IMG/VR virus record: IMGVR_UViG_3300032257_000058
Span: 1 to 36,558 of that record
Origin: a virus
Lineage: Duplodnaviria > Caudoviricetes
Length of the DNA: 36,558 nt
Reading direction: 5' to 3' (one strand)
The stretch's first letter is position 1. Each line of letters opens with the position of its first letter. Of this stretch, positions 1 through 9,182 are shown one piece after another. A program made the position numbers and the translations under genes. The notes under the pieces are model-generated. The model searched no databases and was not told the origin of the DNA. It saw only the letters and a program-made list of their open reading frames with translations.

Positions 1-23
1 TCTTCTAGACCGTCGGCCAGTCA
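1..23 (+). repeat. Terminal direct repeat, left copy (circular closure; probable cos region)
   Basis: TCTTCTAGACCGTCGGCCAGTCA at 1-23 is identical to 36536-36558. It lies between the HNH gene and terS, where cos sits in HK97-like phages. Confidence 0.95.
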
Positions 24-88
24 TTTTTTTACACGTGCAAATTAAAAAACTGATTTTTCTAAGGAATTACGATTAACAAGTGATCTAA

Positions 89-493
89 ATGGCTAAACCA
101 GGTAAAAAATTAAAATCTGCAGATATTCATCAGTTGCAAGGAACCTCACAAAAATGCAGAGAAACCCAAAGAACTGTTGACGTAATCGATGATCCGATAC
201 TGCGCCCAAAATGGTTGATCGGACGAGCCCGTAAAATATGGGATGAAAAAATTTCCCGCTATGAAAAAAGAAATCAAAATATTTCAGGTTGCGAAGATGC
301 ACTCGCGCAATATTGCAGTCTAGAGGCATCTTTGATTGATGATTTCTGGCGAAAGAAAATAACACCGCCAACATCAATGCTCAATAGCCATCGTATTTAT
401 TCTGCTGAATTCTACGACACACCAGCAAGCCAGCAAGTGAGGAAACCAACTGGCGGCAAGTCGGGAAATTCTTTTGGAAAAAACAAACGATGA
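89..493 (+). CDS. terS: Terminase small subunit (P27-like)
   Basis: Basic N-terminus, P-x-W-L...A..IW motif and C-terminal TPAS motif; overlaps the terL start. Confidence 0.8.
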   Translation: MAKPGKKLKSADIHQLQGTSQKCRETQRTVDVIDDPILRPKWLIGRARKIWDEKISRYEKRNQNISGCEDALAQYCSLEASLIDDFWRKKITPPTSMLNSHRIYSAEFYDTPASQQVRKPTGGKSGNSFGKNKR

Positions 494-2177
494 CCAGCAG
501 TTCAAGCGAAACTATTTTCGAATAGCGCTTGAATATGCTTGGTCAGCAAAGAGAGACAAAAAAAGAAAAAAATATTGCAAGTGGGTTAGATTAGCCGCAA
601 TTCGATTTATTCGTGATTTGGAGCGAATCGAAAATGATCCAGATTGCCCGTTTTATTTCGATGAATGGGAAGCTAACAACCCATGTGACTTTATTGAAGA
701 ATTGCCGCATGTCGAGGGTGTTTGGGACGATCCGACAATCGTTCTGGAGCCTTGGCAGATTTTTAACACTGTCAATATGTTTGGCTTTCGGCGTGTTTCT
801 GATTCTTATCGTCGTTTTAATACGGCATACATCGAAGTCGGTCGAAAGAATGCGAAATCGACGTGGGCGGCGGGTGTTGCTCTGTACACAGAATGTTGTG
901 AAGGCGAAAACGGGCCGCAATGTTACACCGCAGCAACAACAGGAAAACAGGCGCGAATAGTTTTCAATGTTGCAAAAAAAATGGTCGAGAGAACGCCTGA
1001 TATAGTTGAAGCGTTCAACCTTAATCCGATGGCAAGCTCAGTTGTTTGTCATGACAATGGCGGATTTCTTCAGCCAATAAATTCTAAAGCAAGTACTCAA
1101 GATGGGCTAAACCCACACTTTGCTTTACTTGACGAGCTCCACGCGCACCCAAATCGAGAATTATTCGACGTACTGAAATCGGCGAGAGGTGCGAGAAAAA
1201 ACCCGCTGTCGATGTATATCACAACGGCAGGCTACAACAATTTAGGCGTGTGCTATGAACAGCGCACAATTGTAACGAAAATACTCCAAGGAGTAATTAA
1301 AGGTGATCACTATTATGGAATCATTTACACGATTGACGAAGACGACGACGAGTTTGATGAAAATTGCTGGATTAAGCCTAACCCTAATCTTGATGTTAGT
1401 GTTCAGCGCAACGAGCTTCGCGGATACGCTGACGAAGCCAGAATTAGCCCAGATTCACTTGGCGAATATAAAACAAAACGACTCAATGTTTGGACAACTG
1501 CAAAAGGCGCCTGGATCAACATCCATACGTGGGCAAAATGTCAATCACAAATCAACATCGAAGACTTGCTCGAGTTGCCATGCTATGCCGGACTTGATCT
1601 TGCAGCAACACAAGATTTCAACGCATTCGTTTTACTCTGGGAAATCGAAAAGCAAGTCATTGTTTACCCGCGTTTCTACTTACCCGAAGAAATCGTCAAA
1701 CCACGAACCGAGCGTGGAAATGTCCCGTTTCAAACCTGGGCAAGCCAAGGTCATATCTTACTTACGCCCGGCAATGTTACCGACTATGCATACATCGAAA
1801 AAGATGTCAAAGAACATCTTGGGAAATTCGACATTAAATCAATCGGGTATGACGAATGGAACGCTACCGACCTTGTCAATCGGCTTGTTGAAGAAGAGGC
1901 ACCGCTTGTTGGTTTTCGGCAAGGCCCAAAATCATTCCACCCGCCTATGCAAGACTTCGAGCGGCGCTATGCATCCAGTAAATTCACACACGGAAATAAT
2001 CCTGTCTTAAATTGGATGGCGTCGAACTTAGTTGCTCGACGCGACGTGAATGAAAACATGGCGCCAGACCGAAAAAATTCCCAAGAAAAAATCGACGGTA
2101 TGGTTGCTATGTTAATGGCCTGGGGTTTGATGCTCGGGCCAGAAGAAGATAAAACACCAGAAGTGGTAGTATTATAA
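474..2177 (+). CDS. terL: Terminase large subunit (HK97/phi105-like cos terminase)
   Basis: Adenine-binding LEPWQ, Walker A GRKNAKST, Walker B LLDELH, nuclease motifs GLDLA and KIDG. Confidence 0.97.
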   Translation: MEKTNDDQQFKRNYFRIALEYAWSAKRDKKRKKYCKWVRLAAIRFIRDLERIENDPDCPFYFDEWEANNPCDFIEELPHVEGVWDDPTIVLEPWQIFNTVNMFGFRRVSDSYRRFNTAYIEVGRKNAKSTWAAGVALYTECCEGENGPQCYTAATTGKQARIVFNVAKKMVERTPDIVEAFNLNPMASSVVCHDNGGFLQPINSKASTQDGLNPHFALLDELHAHPNRELFDVLKSARGARKNPLSMYITTAGYNNLGVCYEQRTIVTKILQGVIKGDHYYGIIYTIDEDDDEFDENCWIKPNPNLDVSVQRNELRGYADEARISPDSLGEYKTKRLNVWTTAKGAWINIHTWAKCQSQINIEDLLELPCYAGLDLAATQDFNAFVLLWEIEKQVIVYPRFYLPEEIVKPRTERGNVPFQTWASQGHILLTPGNVTDYAYIEKDVKEHLGKFDIKSIGYDEWNATDLVNRLVEEEAPLVGFRQGPKSFHPPMQDFERRYASSKFTHGNNPVLNWMASNLVARRDVNENMAPDRKNSQEKIDGMVAMLMAWGLMLGPEEDKTPEVVVL

Positions 2178-3425
2178 ATGTTGGGATTTGGCAGAAAAAA
2201 ACAGCTAGAAAGCAAGGTCGCCGAGCTAGAGAACCAATTAGAATCCATAAAAAATGAATCAGTTGATTCATCTCAGATATTAAAGGGTTCCAATTTGTGG
2301 GAAGCTCTAACTGGCGGTGCTTCGAGTGCTTCTGGCGCAGTGGTCAATGAAAAAACTGCAATGGCCGTTGCTGCAGTTTATGCGTGTGTCGGATTAATTG
2401 GGGGGGCAATTGCTAGCTTACCTCTGCCAGTTTACGAGAGAAACAAAGATGGCCGCACTCGACTAGATCATGATTTATGGTGGCTTTTAAATGAAGAGCC
2501 TCACGATATTTGGTCAGCCCCTGTATTTTGGGAATTTTTGTTGCAATCTCTTTTGCTTCGCGGTGATTCATACGCACAAATTCATCGGCGAAAGGGTTCG
2601 AGGTTTGCCGGTGATATTGTAGGTTTTGAACCACACCACCCGTCAATTGTGACAGTCAAGCGATTGAGTAATCGCTTGGTATATATTATTGACCCAGTTG
2701 AAGGTGACAAATATGCACTTGATCAAGACGATGTTTTGCATATACCAGGCTTAGGGTTTAACGGTCTAAATGGTATGTCTCAAATTGCAGGCGTTTTGAG
2801 GAATGCCGCTGGAAATGCTATTGCGACCGAAGAGTACACAGGAAAGTTTTTTAAAAACGGCGCTCGCCCAGATTACGCGCTGGAAACTGAACAAAAGCTT
2901 GACAAAACTCAGGTTGATATAATACGAAACGCAGTTGAAGAAATGCATGGCGGTTACTCAAAATCTTTTAAGCCAGGTGTATTTACGAACGGCATTAAAG
3001 TCAAACCAATAACCATGAAAGCTGAAGACGCTCAATTGATTCAGACTCGGGGTTTTCAGGTGCTTCAGGTTTGCATGGCCTTTGGTGTGCCTCCTCATAT
3101 GATTGGTTACACCGAAAAATCATCCTCTTGGGGGACTGGAGTCGAGCAACTATCATTGGGCTTGTCAAAATATACGCTACGTCGTCATTTAACAAAAATT
3201 GAAACCGAAATAAATCGGAAATGCTTCCTTACTAAAAAACATTTTTGCGAATTCAACCTTGCAGGCCTTGAGGCCGGAGACTATAAAACCCGAATGGAGG
3301 GGTATCGAATAGCACTCGGTAGAGCAGGTGAAGAACCTTGGATTGATGTTGAAGAGATTAGAAGGCTTGAGAACCTCCCCCCACGAAAAAATTTGAAAAC
3401 TATCCCGAAACCGGAGACTGAATAA
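2178..3425 (+). CDS. Portal protein, HK97 family
   Basis: AVYACV..I...IASLPL, LRGDSY, VLHI and FGVPP motifs; follows terL. Confidence 0.95.
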   Translation: MLGFGRKKQLESKVAELENQLESIKNESVDSSQILKGSNLWEALTGGASSASGAVVNEKTAMAVAAVYACVGLIGGAIASLPLPVYERNKDGRTRLDHDLWWLLNEEPHDIWSAPVFWEFLLQSLLLRGDSYAQIHRRKGSRFAGDIVGFEPHHPSIVTVKRLSNRLVYIIDPVEGDKYALDQDDVLHIPGLGFNGLNGMSQIAGVLRNAAGNAIATEEYTGKFFKNGARPDYALETEQKLDKTQVDIIRNAVEEMHGGYSKSFKPGVFTNGIKVKPITMKAEDAQLIQTRGFQVLQVCMAFGVPPHMIGYTEKSSSWGTGVEQLSLGLSKYTLRRHLTKIETEINRKCFLTKKHFCEFNLAGLEAGDYKTRMEGYRIALGRAGEEPWIDVEEIRRLENLPPRKNLKTIPKPETE

Positions 3426-4162
3426 TGCATCCTTTAAGACAATTAATGTTTAACAATCGAAAACAGGGATATTTTAAGGCAGAGAAAAAAAACGATTCTG
3501 AAACTACTGTATATGTGTATGATTTAATAGTGGCAAATGATGAGGAGGCAGAATGGTTTGGCGGCGTTTCCCCTGAAGCTTTTAGCAAAACATTATCTGC
3601 GGTCGACACTGAAATACTAAATATTAGATACAACACCCCAGGCGGGGACGTGTTCGCGGCAAGAGCAATGGAGCAAGCCGTAATAAATCACCCTTCTAAG
3701 ACCAGATCGCATGTTGACGGATACGCAGCAAGCGCAGGAAGTTATATGGCGCTTGCTGCTGATGAGGTGATAATCGCCGAATCAGCATTTTTTATGATCC
3801 ACAAAGCCTGGACATTTGCTTATGGTAACTCTGATGATTTGATGCAAACTGCAGAATTATTAGAACAAATTGACGAAACTTTAGTAAATACTTATGCAAA
3901 ATCAACTGGCCAGAAGCCTGAAGATATTCTGACATGGATGGCCGCTGAAACCTGGATAGGAGCGGAGAAAGCTGTTGAACTAGGTTTTGCTGATTCAATT
4001 GCAGGCGAAAACAAAGCAAAAAATAGAACAAATAAGTCATGGAATCTGAGCGCGTACAGCAATCCACCAGAAATTGATAGGATCGAACCAGCAGTACCGG
4101 AAAAATTAACGAATCTGGATGAGCTCAAACGAAAACTAGAGTTCGCCGAAAAAGTCGCATAG
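3425..4162 (+). CDS. ClpP-type head maturation protease
   Basis: NTPGGDV, DGYAASAGS, FMIH and ETW...AVELGFAD ClpP motifs. Confidence 0.93.
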   Translation: MHPLRQLMFNNRKQGYFKAEKKNDSETTVYVYDLIVANDEEAEWFGGVSPEAFSKTLSAVDTEILNIRYNTPGGDVFAARAMEQAVINHPSKTRSHVDGYAASAGSYMALAADEVIIAESAFFMIHKAWTFAYGNSDDLMQTAELLEQIDETLVNTYAKSTGQKPEDILTWMAAETWIGAEKAVELGFADSIAGENKAKNRTNKSWNLSAYSNPPEIDRIEPAVPEKLTNLDELKRKLEFAEKVA

Positions 4163-4186
4163 TCGCTCCCAGCGATACGCGGAAAC

Positions 4187-4212
4187 AAACCACCCTTTGA
4201 GGTGGTTTTTTT
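4187..4212 (+). terminator. Intrinsic terminator-like hairpin between protease and capsid genes
   Basis: AAACCACC-CTTTGA-GGTGGTTT followed by more Ts. Confidence 0.65.
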
Positions 4213-4243
4213 ATGTCTTAAAACTATTAAGGAGATACACCAA

Positions 4244-5470
4244 ATGAGCATTTCAATTCAAAGTTTGCGGGAGCGAAAAAGCGTTCGTGCTAAAGAACTT
4301 CATGACTTATTGGATAATAATAAGGGTGATGCGTGGAAATCCGAGCATCAAGAAATTTATAATAAAACCATGTCAGAGATTGAGGATATAAACGCTGAGA
4401 TAAGCCGGGTTGAAGCTTATCTAGAAAGTGTTGCCGACGAAGAAATCGACAACTCACTTCAGCATGTTGAAAACCAAAATACGGGTAAAGACGGAAAAAT
4501 CAACGCTCGAGGATTGTATTGCAAATGGTTACGAGGCGGAGATAAGTCGTTAACAGCTGAGGATTGGACGTCAATACGGGCGACCATGAGTACGACTACA
4601 GATTCGGAAGGTGGCTACACTGTTCAGACCGAAGTTGCAGCAATGATTGCGGATGCCCTGAAAAAATTTGGAGGAATGCGTCGAGTCGCAAATGTCCTTC
4701 AATCATCAAACGGAAATCCGATTAATTATCCAAATTCAGATGGAACAAGCGAAACAGGTGAACAAATAGCGGAGAACACTACGGCAACGGGCGCTGATTT
4801 AGTGTTTGGAACTACTTTACTTACAACTTACAAATTCTCATCCAAAGTGGTTGCTGTGCCCTTTGAGTTAATCCAAGACTCTCAGATCGATATCGAAACG
4901 TTAGTTAACAAACGTTTAATCCAGCGCTTGGGTAGAATTACAAATACAAAATTTACAGTGGGAACTGGCACAGGCGAATCAAAAGGTATTGTTCCAAATG
5001 CAGGCAGCGGTAAAGTTGGTACGACCGGCCAAACGGTTACGGTTATATTCGACGATCTAGTAGACTTAGTTCACTCAGTTGATGAGGCGTATCGAGAAGA
5101 GGGAAATTGTCGATTTATGATGAATGATGCGTCGCTAAAAATCATCAGGAAGTTGAAAGACTCAAATGGGCGGCCAATATTCTTGCCTGGTTATGATGGC
5201 TTATCAGGCCCAATGCCGGATACATTGCTTGGTTATGAAATCGTAACAAATAGCGACGTTGTCGTAATGGCGGCGAATGCAAAATCCATTTTGTTCGGTG
5301 ATTACTATCACTATATTATCCGAGATGTGATGGACATGACGCTATTTCGATTCACTGATTCAGCATACGCTAAACTCGGTCAAGTTGGCTTCTTAATGTG
5401 GATGCGATCTGGCGGCGCGTTCACAGATGTTGGTGGAGCGGTCAAGTATTACCAAAACTCCGCAACCTAA
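4244..5470 (+). CDS. Major capsid protein, HK97 fold with N-terminal coiled-coil (delta/scaffold) domain
   Basis: GGYTVQTE, ELIQDS, LKDSNGRPI and ILFGD motifs. Start moved from 4202 to ATG 4244, which has an AAGGAG RBS and lies downstream of the terminator. Confidence 0.95.
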   Translation: MSISIQSLRERKSVRAKELHDLLDNNKGDAWKSEHQEIYNKTMSEIEDINAEISRVEAYLESVADEEIDNSLQHVENQNTGKDGKINARGLYCKWLRGGDKSLTAEDWTSIRATMSTTTDSEGGYTVQTEVAAMIADALKKFGGMRRVANVLQSSNGNPINYPNSDGTSETGEQIAENTTATGADLVFGTTLLTTYKFSSKVVAVPFELIQDSQIDIETLVNKRLIQRLGRITNTKFTVGTGTGESKGIVPNAGSGKVGTTGQTVTVIFDDLVDLVHSVDEAYREEGNCRFMMNDASLKIIRKLKDSNGRPIFLPGYDGLSGPMPDTLLGYEIVTNSDVVVMAANAKSILFGDYYHYIIRDVMDMTLFRFTDSAYAKLGQVGFLMWMRSGGAFTDVGGAVKYYQNSAT

Positions 5471-5493
5471 TAAAATTGATTTAATTTACCAAG

Positions 5494-5520
5494 AAAAAGG
5501 GAATTTCGATTCCCTTTTTT
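5494..5520 (+). terminator. Intrinsic terminator after the capsid gene (possibly bidirectional)
   Basis: AAAAAGGGAAT-TTCG-ATTCCCTTTTTT, a perfect stem. Confidence 0.8.
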
Positions 5521-5537
5521 ATTGAAAAGGAAAAAGC

Positions 5538-5750
5538 ATGGCTAACGCAAAAGCTCGAGTTCTAAGCGACTGGGAACTAGAGGGTATAAACTACAATTGC
5601 AATGACGTTATTGAGGCGAGCAAGGAAACAATCAAGGCACACAAAAGCATTCTTGATGATTCTAAATCAGCTGTAGAATACTGCATCAATGAGCTCGGGG
5701 TGAAAATTAAGAAACACGGAATAATTGACAGCGAAATTTCTAAGGCCTAA
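5538..5750 (+). CDS. Small hypothetical head-module protein
   Basis: AAGG RBS; occupies the usual post-capsid position. Confidence 0.6.
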   Translation: MANAKARVLSDWELEGINYNCNDVIEASKETIKAHKSILDDSKSAVEYCINELGVKIKKHGIIDSEISKA

Positions 5751-5756
5751 TTATTT

Positions 5757-6326
5757 ATGTCAATTGTAATAGATGCAGCTCCAGAGAAAGAGCCCATAAC
5801 TCTGGAGTTTACAAAATCACAATTAAACGTTTATCACGATAGTGATGATACGTTACTGCAATCATACATTGGAGTAGCGCGAAATTTAGTAGAGAAAAGA
5901 TTAAGCCGCGCATTGATAACGCAAACCTGGGACTGGTCGTTCAGGTCATTTTCCGATGAAATGTTTATCCCGCTTGCGCCGCTTCAGTCCATTACAAGTG
6001 TAAGTTATATAGACGAAAATGGAGCAACTCAAGTTCTAAGTTCGGCTGTTTATGATGTTGATGTTGGTGTCGAGCCTGGAATCGTCCGGCTGGCGTATAG
6101 CCAGTCATGGCCGTCGGTTCGAGATGTAGCGAACGCAGTCACAATTGAATTCGTCAGTGGATACGGTCTTAATCCTAACAATGTGCCGTTTGTTATAAGA
6201 CAAGCGCTTGTTTTATATGTTGGCCATCTATATCAAAATCGTGAAGCAACATCGATGCTTACTATCAAAGAAGTACCAATGGCATTTGAGTCGCTAATGG
6301 ATAGCGTTCAATGGACATACTTATAA
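5757..6326 (+). CDS. Head-tail connector (HK97 gp6/phiE125 gp8-like)
   Basis: EPITL...K..L, DD.LL..YI, RALITQTW and LYQNRE motifs. Confidence 0.9.
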   Translation: MSIVIDAAPEKEPITLEFTKSQLNVYHDSDDTLLQSYIGVARNLVEKRLSRALITQTWDWSFRSFSDEMFIPLAPLQSITSVSYIDENGATQVLSSAVYDVDVGVEPGIVRLAYSQSWPSVRDVANAVTIEFVSGYGLNPNNVPFVIRQALVLYVGHLYQNREATSMLTIKEVPMAFESLMDSVQWTYL

Positions 6327-6644
6327 ATGGATGCAGGTCAATTACGCGAGCCCGTCACCTTCCAATCAAAAACCACAGTAAGTGATGGCGGAGGCGGAAC
6401 TACTCCAACTTGGTCGAATACATTTACCGACAGGGTAAGAATTAAACCAATCGTTGTTGAAGAGTCAGTCAAGCAAGAACAAAATCAACAGCAAAACAAA
6501 TATGAAATTCATATGCGTTATCGATCAACAGTAAATCGTAACATGCGGATTATTTGGGGCTCGATCACACTAACAATAATTTCACATCCTATTAATTACG
6601 ATGAGAAAAAGCAATGGCTAAAATTGATAGCCAAACAAGAATAA
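6327..6644 (+). CDS. Head closure / head-tail adaptor (SPP1 gp16-like)
   Basis: AGQLREPVTFQ...DGGGG....W and IHMRYR motifs; synteny. Confidence 0.85.
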   Translation: MDAGQLREPVTFQSKTTVSDGGGGTTPTWSNTFTDRVRIKPIVVEESVKQEQNQQQNKYEIHMRYRSTVNRNMRIIWGSITLTIISHPINYDEKKQWLKLIAKQE

Positions 6645-6997
6645 GGAACGCAAAACGTCTTTCGAAAATACTAAAAACAATTCCTCAAGATGTCCAAGAT
6701 CAAATCACAAAAACAATGGAACGTGGAGCGATCAGAACCGCAAAAAAATCATCTGATGACGTTGTTAAGCGAACAGGTGAATTAAGCAAGTCAATTGAAG
6801 CAAGAAATATAGATAACGACCAGCATCGATGGGGGATTTATGCAAATTTTTATTGGCTCTGGGTTGAATTTGGTACGAAATTCTCTTCTTCAAAACCATT
6901 TTTTATGTCTCATTGGCGAAAACTAAAAAAGACGCTAAAAAACTCCATAAAACGCAATGTAAAAAAGAAGTTGAAGCAAAAATATGGCAAGCGCTGA
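6614..6997 (+). CDS. HK97 gp10-like tail completion protein
   Basis: RTGELSKSI, VEFGT and KPF motifs; basic protein. Confidence 0.85.
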   Translation: MAKIDSQTRIRNAKRLSKILKTIPQDVQDQITKTMERGAIRTAKKSSDDVVKRTGELSKSIEARNIDNDQHRWGIYANFYWLWVEFGTKFSSSKPFFMSHWRKLKKTLKNSIKRNVKKKLKQKYGKR

Positions 6998-7379
6998 GTG
7001 GGAATTACAAAAAGCCATCTACACGGCATTAACTGCCGATGGAACGTTAATGGCGTTAATCAATGGTGTCTATGATGACGTTCCCGAAGATACCGCAATT
7101 GATTATGTGACAATGGGCGACGATGATTTTGATCCAAACGACACAAAAACAGGAAACGGTTTTGAAGTTACGATAACAATTAGTATATGGTCAGAAGGCG
7201 GCGGACGAAAATCGGTTAAAGAAATTATGGGTGAGACTTATCGCGTGTTACATGGAAAATCTTTAGCGGTTGCAGGGTTTTCGCACATACATACTTATTT
7301 TGAGCTATCTAAAACATTTCGAGATCAAGATGAAAAAACCTATCGAGGCATTCAAACATTTCGTATCTACATGGAGTAA
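6984..7379 (+). CDS. Tail terminator (DUF3168-like)
   Basis: ELQKAIYTAL.AD..L, VYDDVP and C-terminal RGIQTFRI. Confidence 0.85.
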   Translation: MASAEWELQKAIYTALTADGTLMALINGVYDDVPEDTAIDYVTMGDDDFDPNDTKTGNGFEVTITISIWSEGGGRKSVKEIMGETYRVLHGKSLAVAGFSHIHTYFELSKTFRDQDEKTYRGIQTFRIYME

Positions 7380-7389
7380 CAATCGGCAT

Positions 7390-7752
7390 ATGAAAAAACT
7401 TAGACAGAATATCGAAAAGCGATTTATTGATGCGGGGTTTTCAAGACAGCCTGATGTCATCCCAGGGCCGGATGAATCGAAACTCGACACAAAAACGAAG
7501 GGGGCGAAAGCTCCTTTTTTTATGGTTGGTGAGTTCGATGGAAATCAAACAATAATCGAGGTGGTCGGCGCTCCTGTTGATTACTTGCTTGACCAGGTCA
7601 TTAAAATTATCCAGGCCGATAGTGAAACTCACTTTTTGCATGCTATACGCGAAAAGAAAAAATCACGAGTGACAGGTAAGAAGCTTTTAAAACACGTACT
7701 CATATGCGAGTACAAACCAATCAAACAAACCGAAGATGAGGAGATTATCTAA
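7390..7752 (+). CDS. Hypothetical protein inserted between tail terminator and major tail gene
   Basis: Open frame filling the gap; ATG 7390 follows GGAG and the stop overlaps the next start. Contains an internal terminator-like hairpin. Confidence 0.5.
   Translation: MKKLRQNIEKRFIDAGFSRQPDVIPGPDESKLDTKTKGAKAPFFMVGEFDGNQTIIEVVGAPVDYLLDQVIKIIQADSETHFLHAIREKKKSRVTGKKLLKHVLICEYKPIKQTEDEEII
7498..7521 (+). terminator. Terminator-like hairpin inside ORF 7390-7752
   Basis: AAGGGGGC-GAAA-GCTCCTTT followed by a T run. Confidence 0.5.
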
Positions 7753-8159
7753 TGCCAGGTGTAACGGGTATATCGTTTATTGTAGCAGTTAACACGGGGA
7801 CATCGGGCTCGCCAGTTTACACCGATGTTGGTGGACAGCGTAATGCAACATTGAATCTAAACCTTGGCGAAGCTATTACAACGTCAAAAGATTCATCAAA
7901 CTGGGAAGAGTCAATCCCGACTGTTAGAGATTGGGGCATTGATTTCGATTCCATACTACTTGAAGCCGACGCGGGTTACGCCGAACTTGAGGATAAATAT
8001 TTTAATCGCACATCTTTACAAGTGCGCTTGACGACTGCGGCGGCAAACACGTATATCGGCTTGTGTAATTTATCGAATTTATCCATGGACACGCCTCACG
8101 ATAGCGAAGCATCTATTAGTGGGTCATTAAAAGGCACAGGCCCATTAGTTAAAGCGTAA
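7752..8159 (+). CDS. Major tail (tube) protein, TP901-1-like
   Basis: VGGQRNATL, TSKDS..W.E, W.IDFD and S.SLKGTGPL motifs. Confidence 0.88.
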   Translation: MPGVTGISFIVAVNTGTSGSPVYTDVGGQRNATLNLNLGEAITTSKDSSNWEESIPTVRDWGIDFDSILLEADAGYAELEDKYFNRTSLQVRLTTAAANTYIGLCNLSNLSMDTPHDSEASISGSLKGTGPLVKA

Positions 8160-8182
8160 AATAATTTTATTGAGGTGTAACA

Positions 8183-8512
8183 ATGGCAACATTGACAGTA
8201 CAGCAAGCAGTTATAGCAGGATTAACCCCGAGTTATGGTGCAGCTGCCGGGGGCGGCGATCAATTCGCAAATTCCGGGAAAGCAATGATACATGTTAAAA
8301 ATGGGGGCGGTGGCTCTATTAATGTGACCGTAGATTCACAAGTGGCGTGTAGCCAAGGTTCAGATCATGACGCAGTTGTTGCAGTAGGCGCCGGAGTTGA
8401 ATCAATGATAGGCCCGTTCCCAAAAGCCCGATGGAATGATTCGAGCGATAATGTGCAAATCACCTATTCCGGCGTATCTAGCGTAACAATTGCTATTGTG
8501 GAGCTCCCTTAA
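8183..8512 (+). CDS. Putative virion decoration/accessory protein
   Basis: Gly/Ala/Val-rich beta-type sequence in the tail operon; GAGGT RBS. Confidence 0.55.
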   Translation: MATLTVQQAVIAGLTPSYGAAAGGGDQFANSGKAMIHVKNGGGGSINVTVDSQVACSQGSDHDAVVAVGAGVESMIGPFPKARWNDSSDNVQITYSGVSSVTIAIVELP

Positions 8513-8898
8513 TGCAAGAAACAAAAATCACATTAGACAAAACTTACGACTTGCGTTTTGATTTTAATACGTTGGCACTGTATGAAGAAATCACCGGCAA
8601 ATCAATATTAATAACAATTCAAACTGGCGATCTTGGATTTTTTACCGTTCGCAATTTAATTTGGGCGGCATTGGTTGAGCAATTTAATGATAATGATAGG
8701 GAGCTCTCACCAAAGACGACGGGCGATCTAATCCAGGATCATTGGGTGCAGGGCGGAAAAACATTTAAAGATCTAACTATTTTAGTTTTATCAGCCATCC
8801 GCGCATCCGGTTTGATAGCAAAAAAGACCGAGGAAAAAAACCCAGCGGGAAAGTCGAAACGAAAATCGAAGAATACATCGAAGGATACAAGCGACTAG
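8512..8898 (+). CDS. Tail assembly chaperone (gpG-like)
   Basis: Lies before the tape measure gene; LRFDFNTL...EE..G motif; ends in slippery heptamers. Confidence 0.85.
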   Translation: MQETKITLDKTYDLRFDFNTLALYEEITGKSILITIQTGDLGFFTVRNLIWAALVEQFNDNDRELSPKTTGDLIQDHWVQGGKTFKDLTILVLSAIRASGLIAKKTEEKNPAGKSKRKSKNTSKDTSD

Positions 8899-9182
8899 CA
8901 CTTGGGCCGCTTGAGTTAACACATAAGCAGTTTTGGTCGTCTACCCCTGCCGAGTTAAACGAACTTTACGACGGTTATCAATGGCGAAATGAGCAGGATT
9001 GGATTAAAACTGCCTGGCAAACATGTAACATTATGAACGCAACCGGACGCCTAAAAAAGGCAGTCGAACCTATTTCGATGCTAAAAGGAATTATCCGCGA
9101 TCAAAATGCAGATAAACCTAAACTTAGTCGCGAAGAACAAGCCAGTGAATTAGCCTTATTGCGAGATGAAATAGATGGGTAA
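8850..9182 (+). CDS. -1 frameshift extension of the tail chaperone (gpT-like), absent from the ORF track
   Basis: Stop-free -1 frame KVETKIEEYIEGYKRLALGPLELTHKQFWSSTPAELNELYDGY...IDG* ending at TAA 9180-9182, overlapping the TMP start. The FW..TP.E motif is typical of gpGT C-termini. Confidence 0.85.
   Translation, partial: KVETKIEEYIEGYKRLALGPLELTHKQFWSSTPAELNELYDGYQWRNEQDWIKTAWQTCNIMNATGRLKKAVEPISMLKGIIRDQNADKPKLSREEQASELALLRDEIDG

Noticed and set aside
7451-7483. Hammerhead ribozyme
   Set aside because: The core reads CUGAUGU rather than CUGANGA, extra bases lie before GAAA, and there is no convincing stem I. Kept only as a weaker structure finding.
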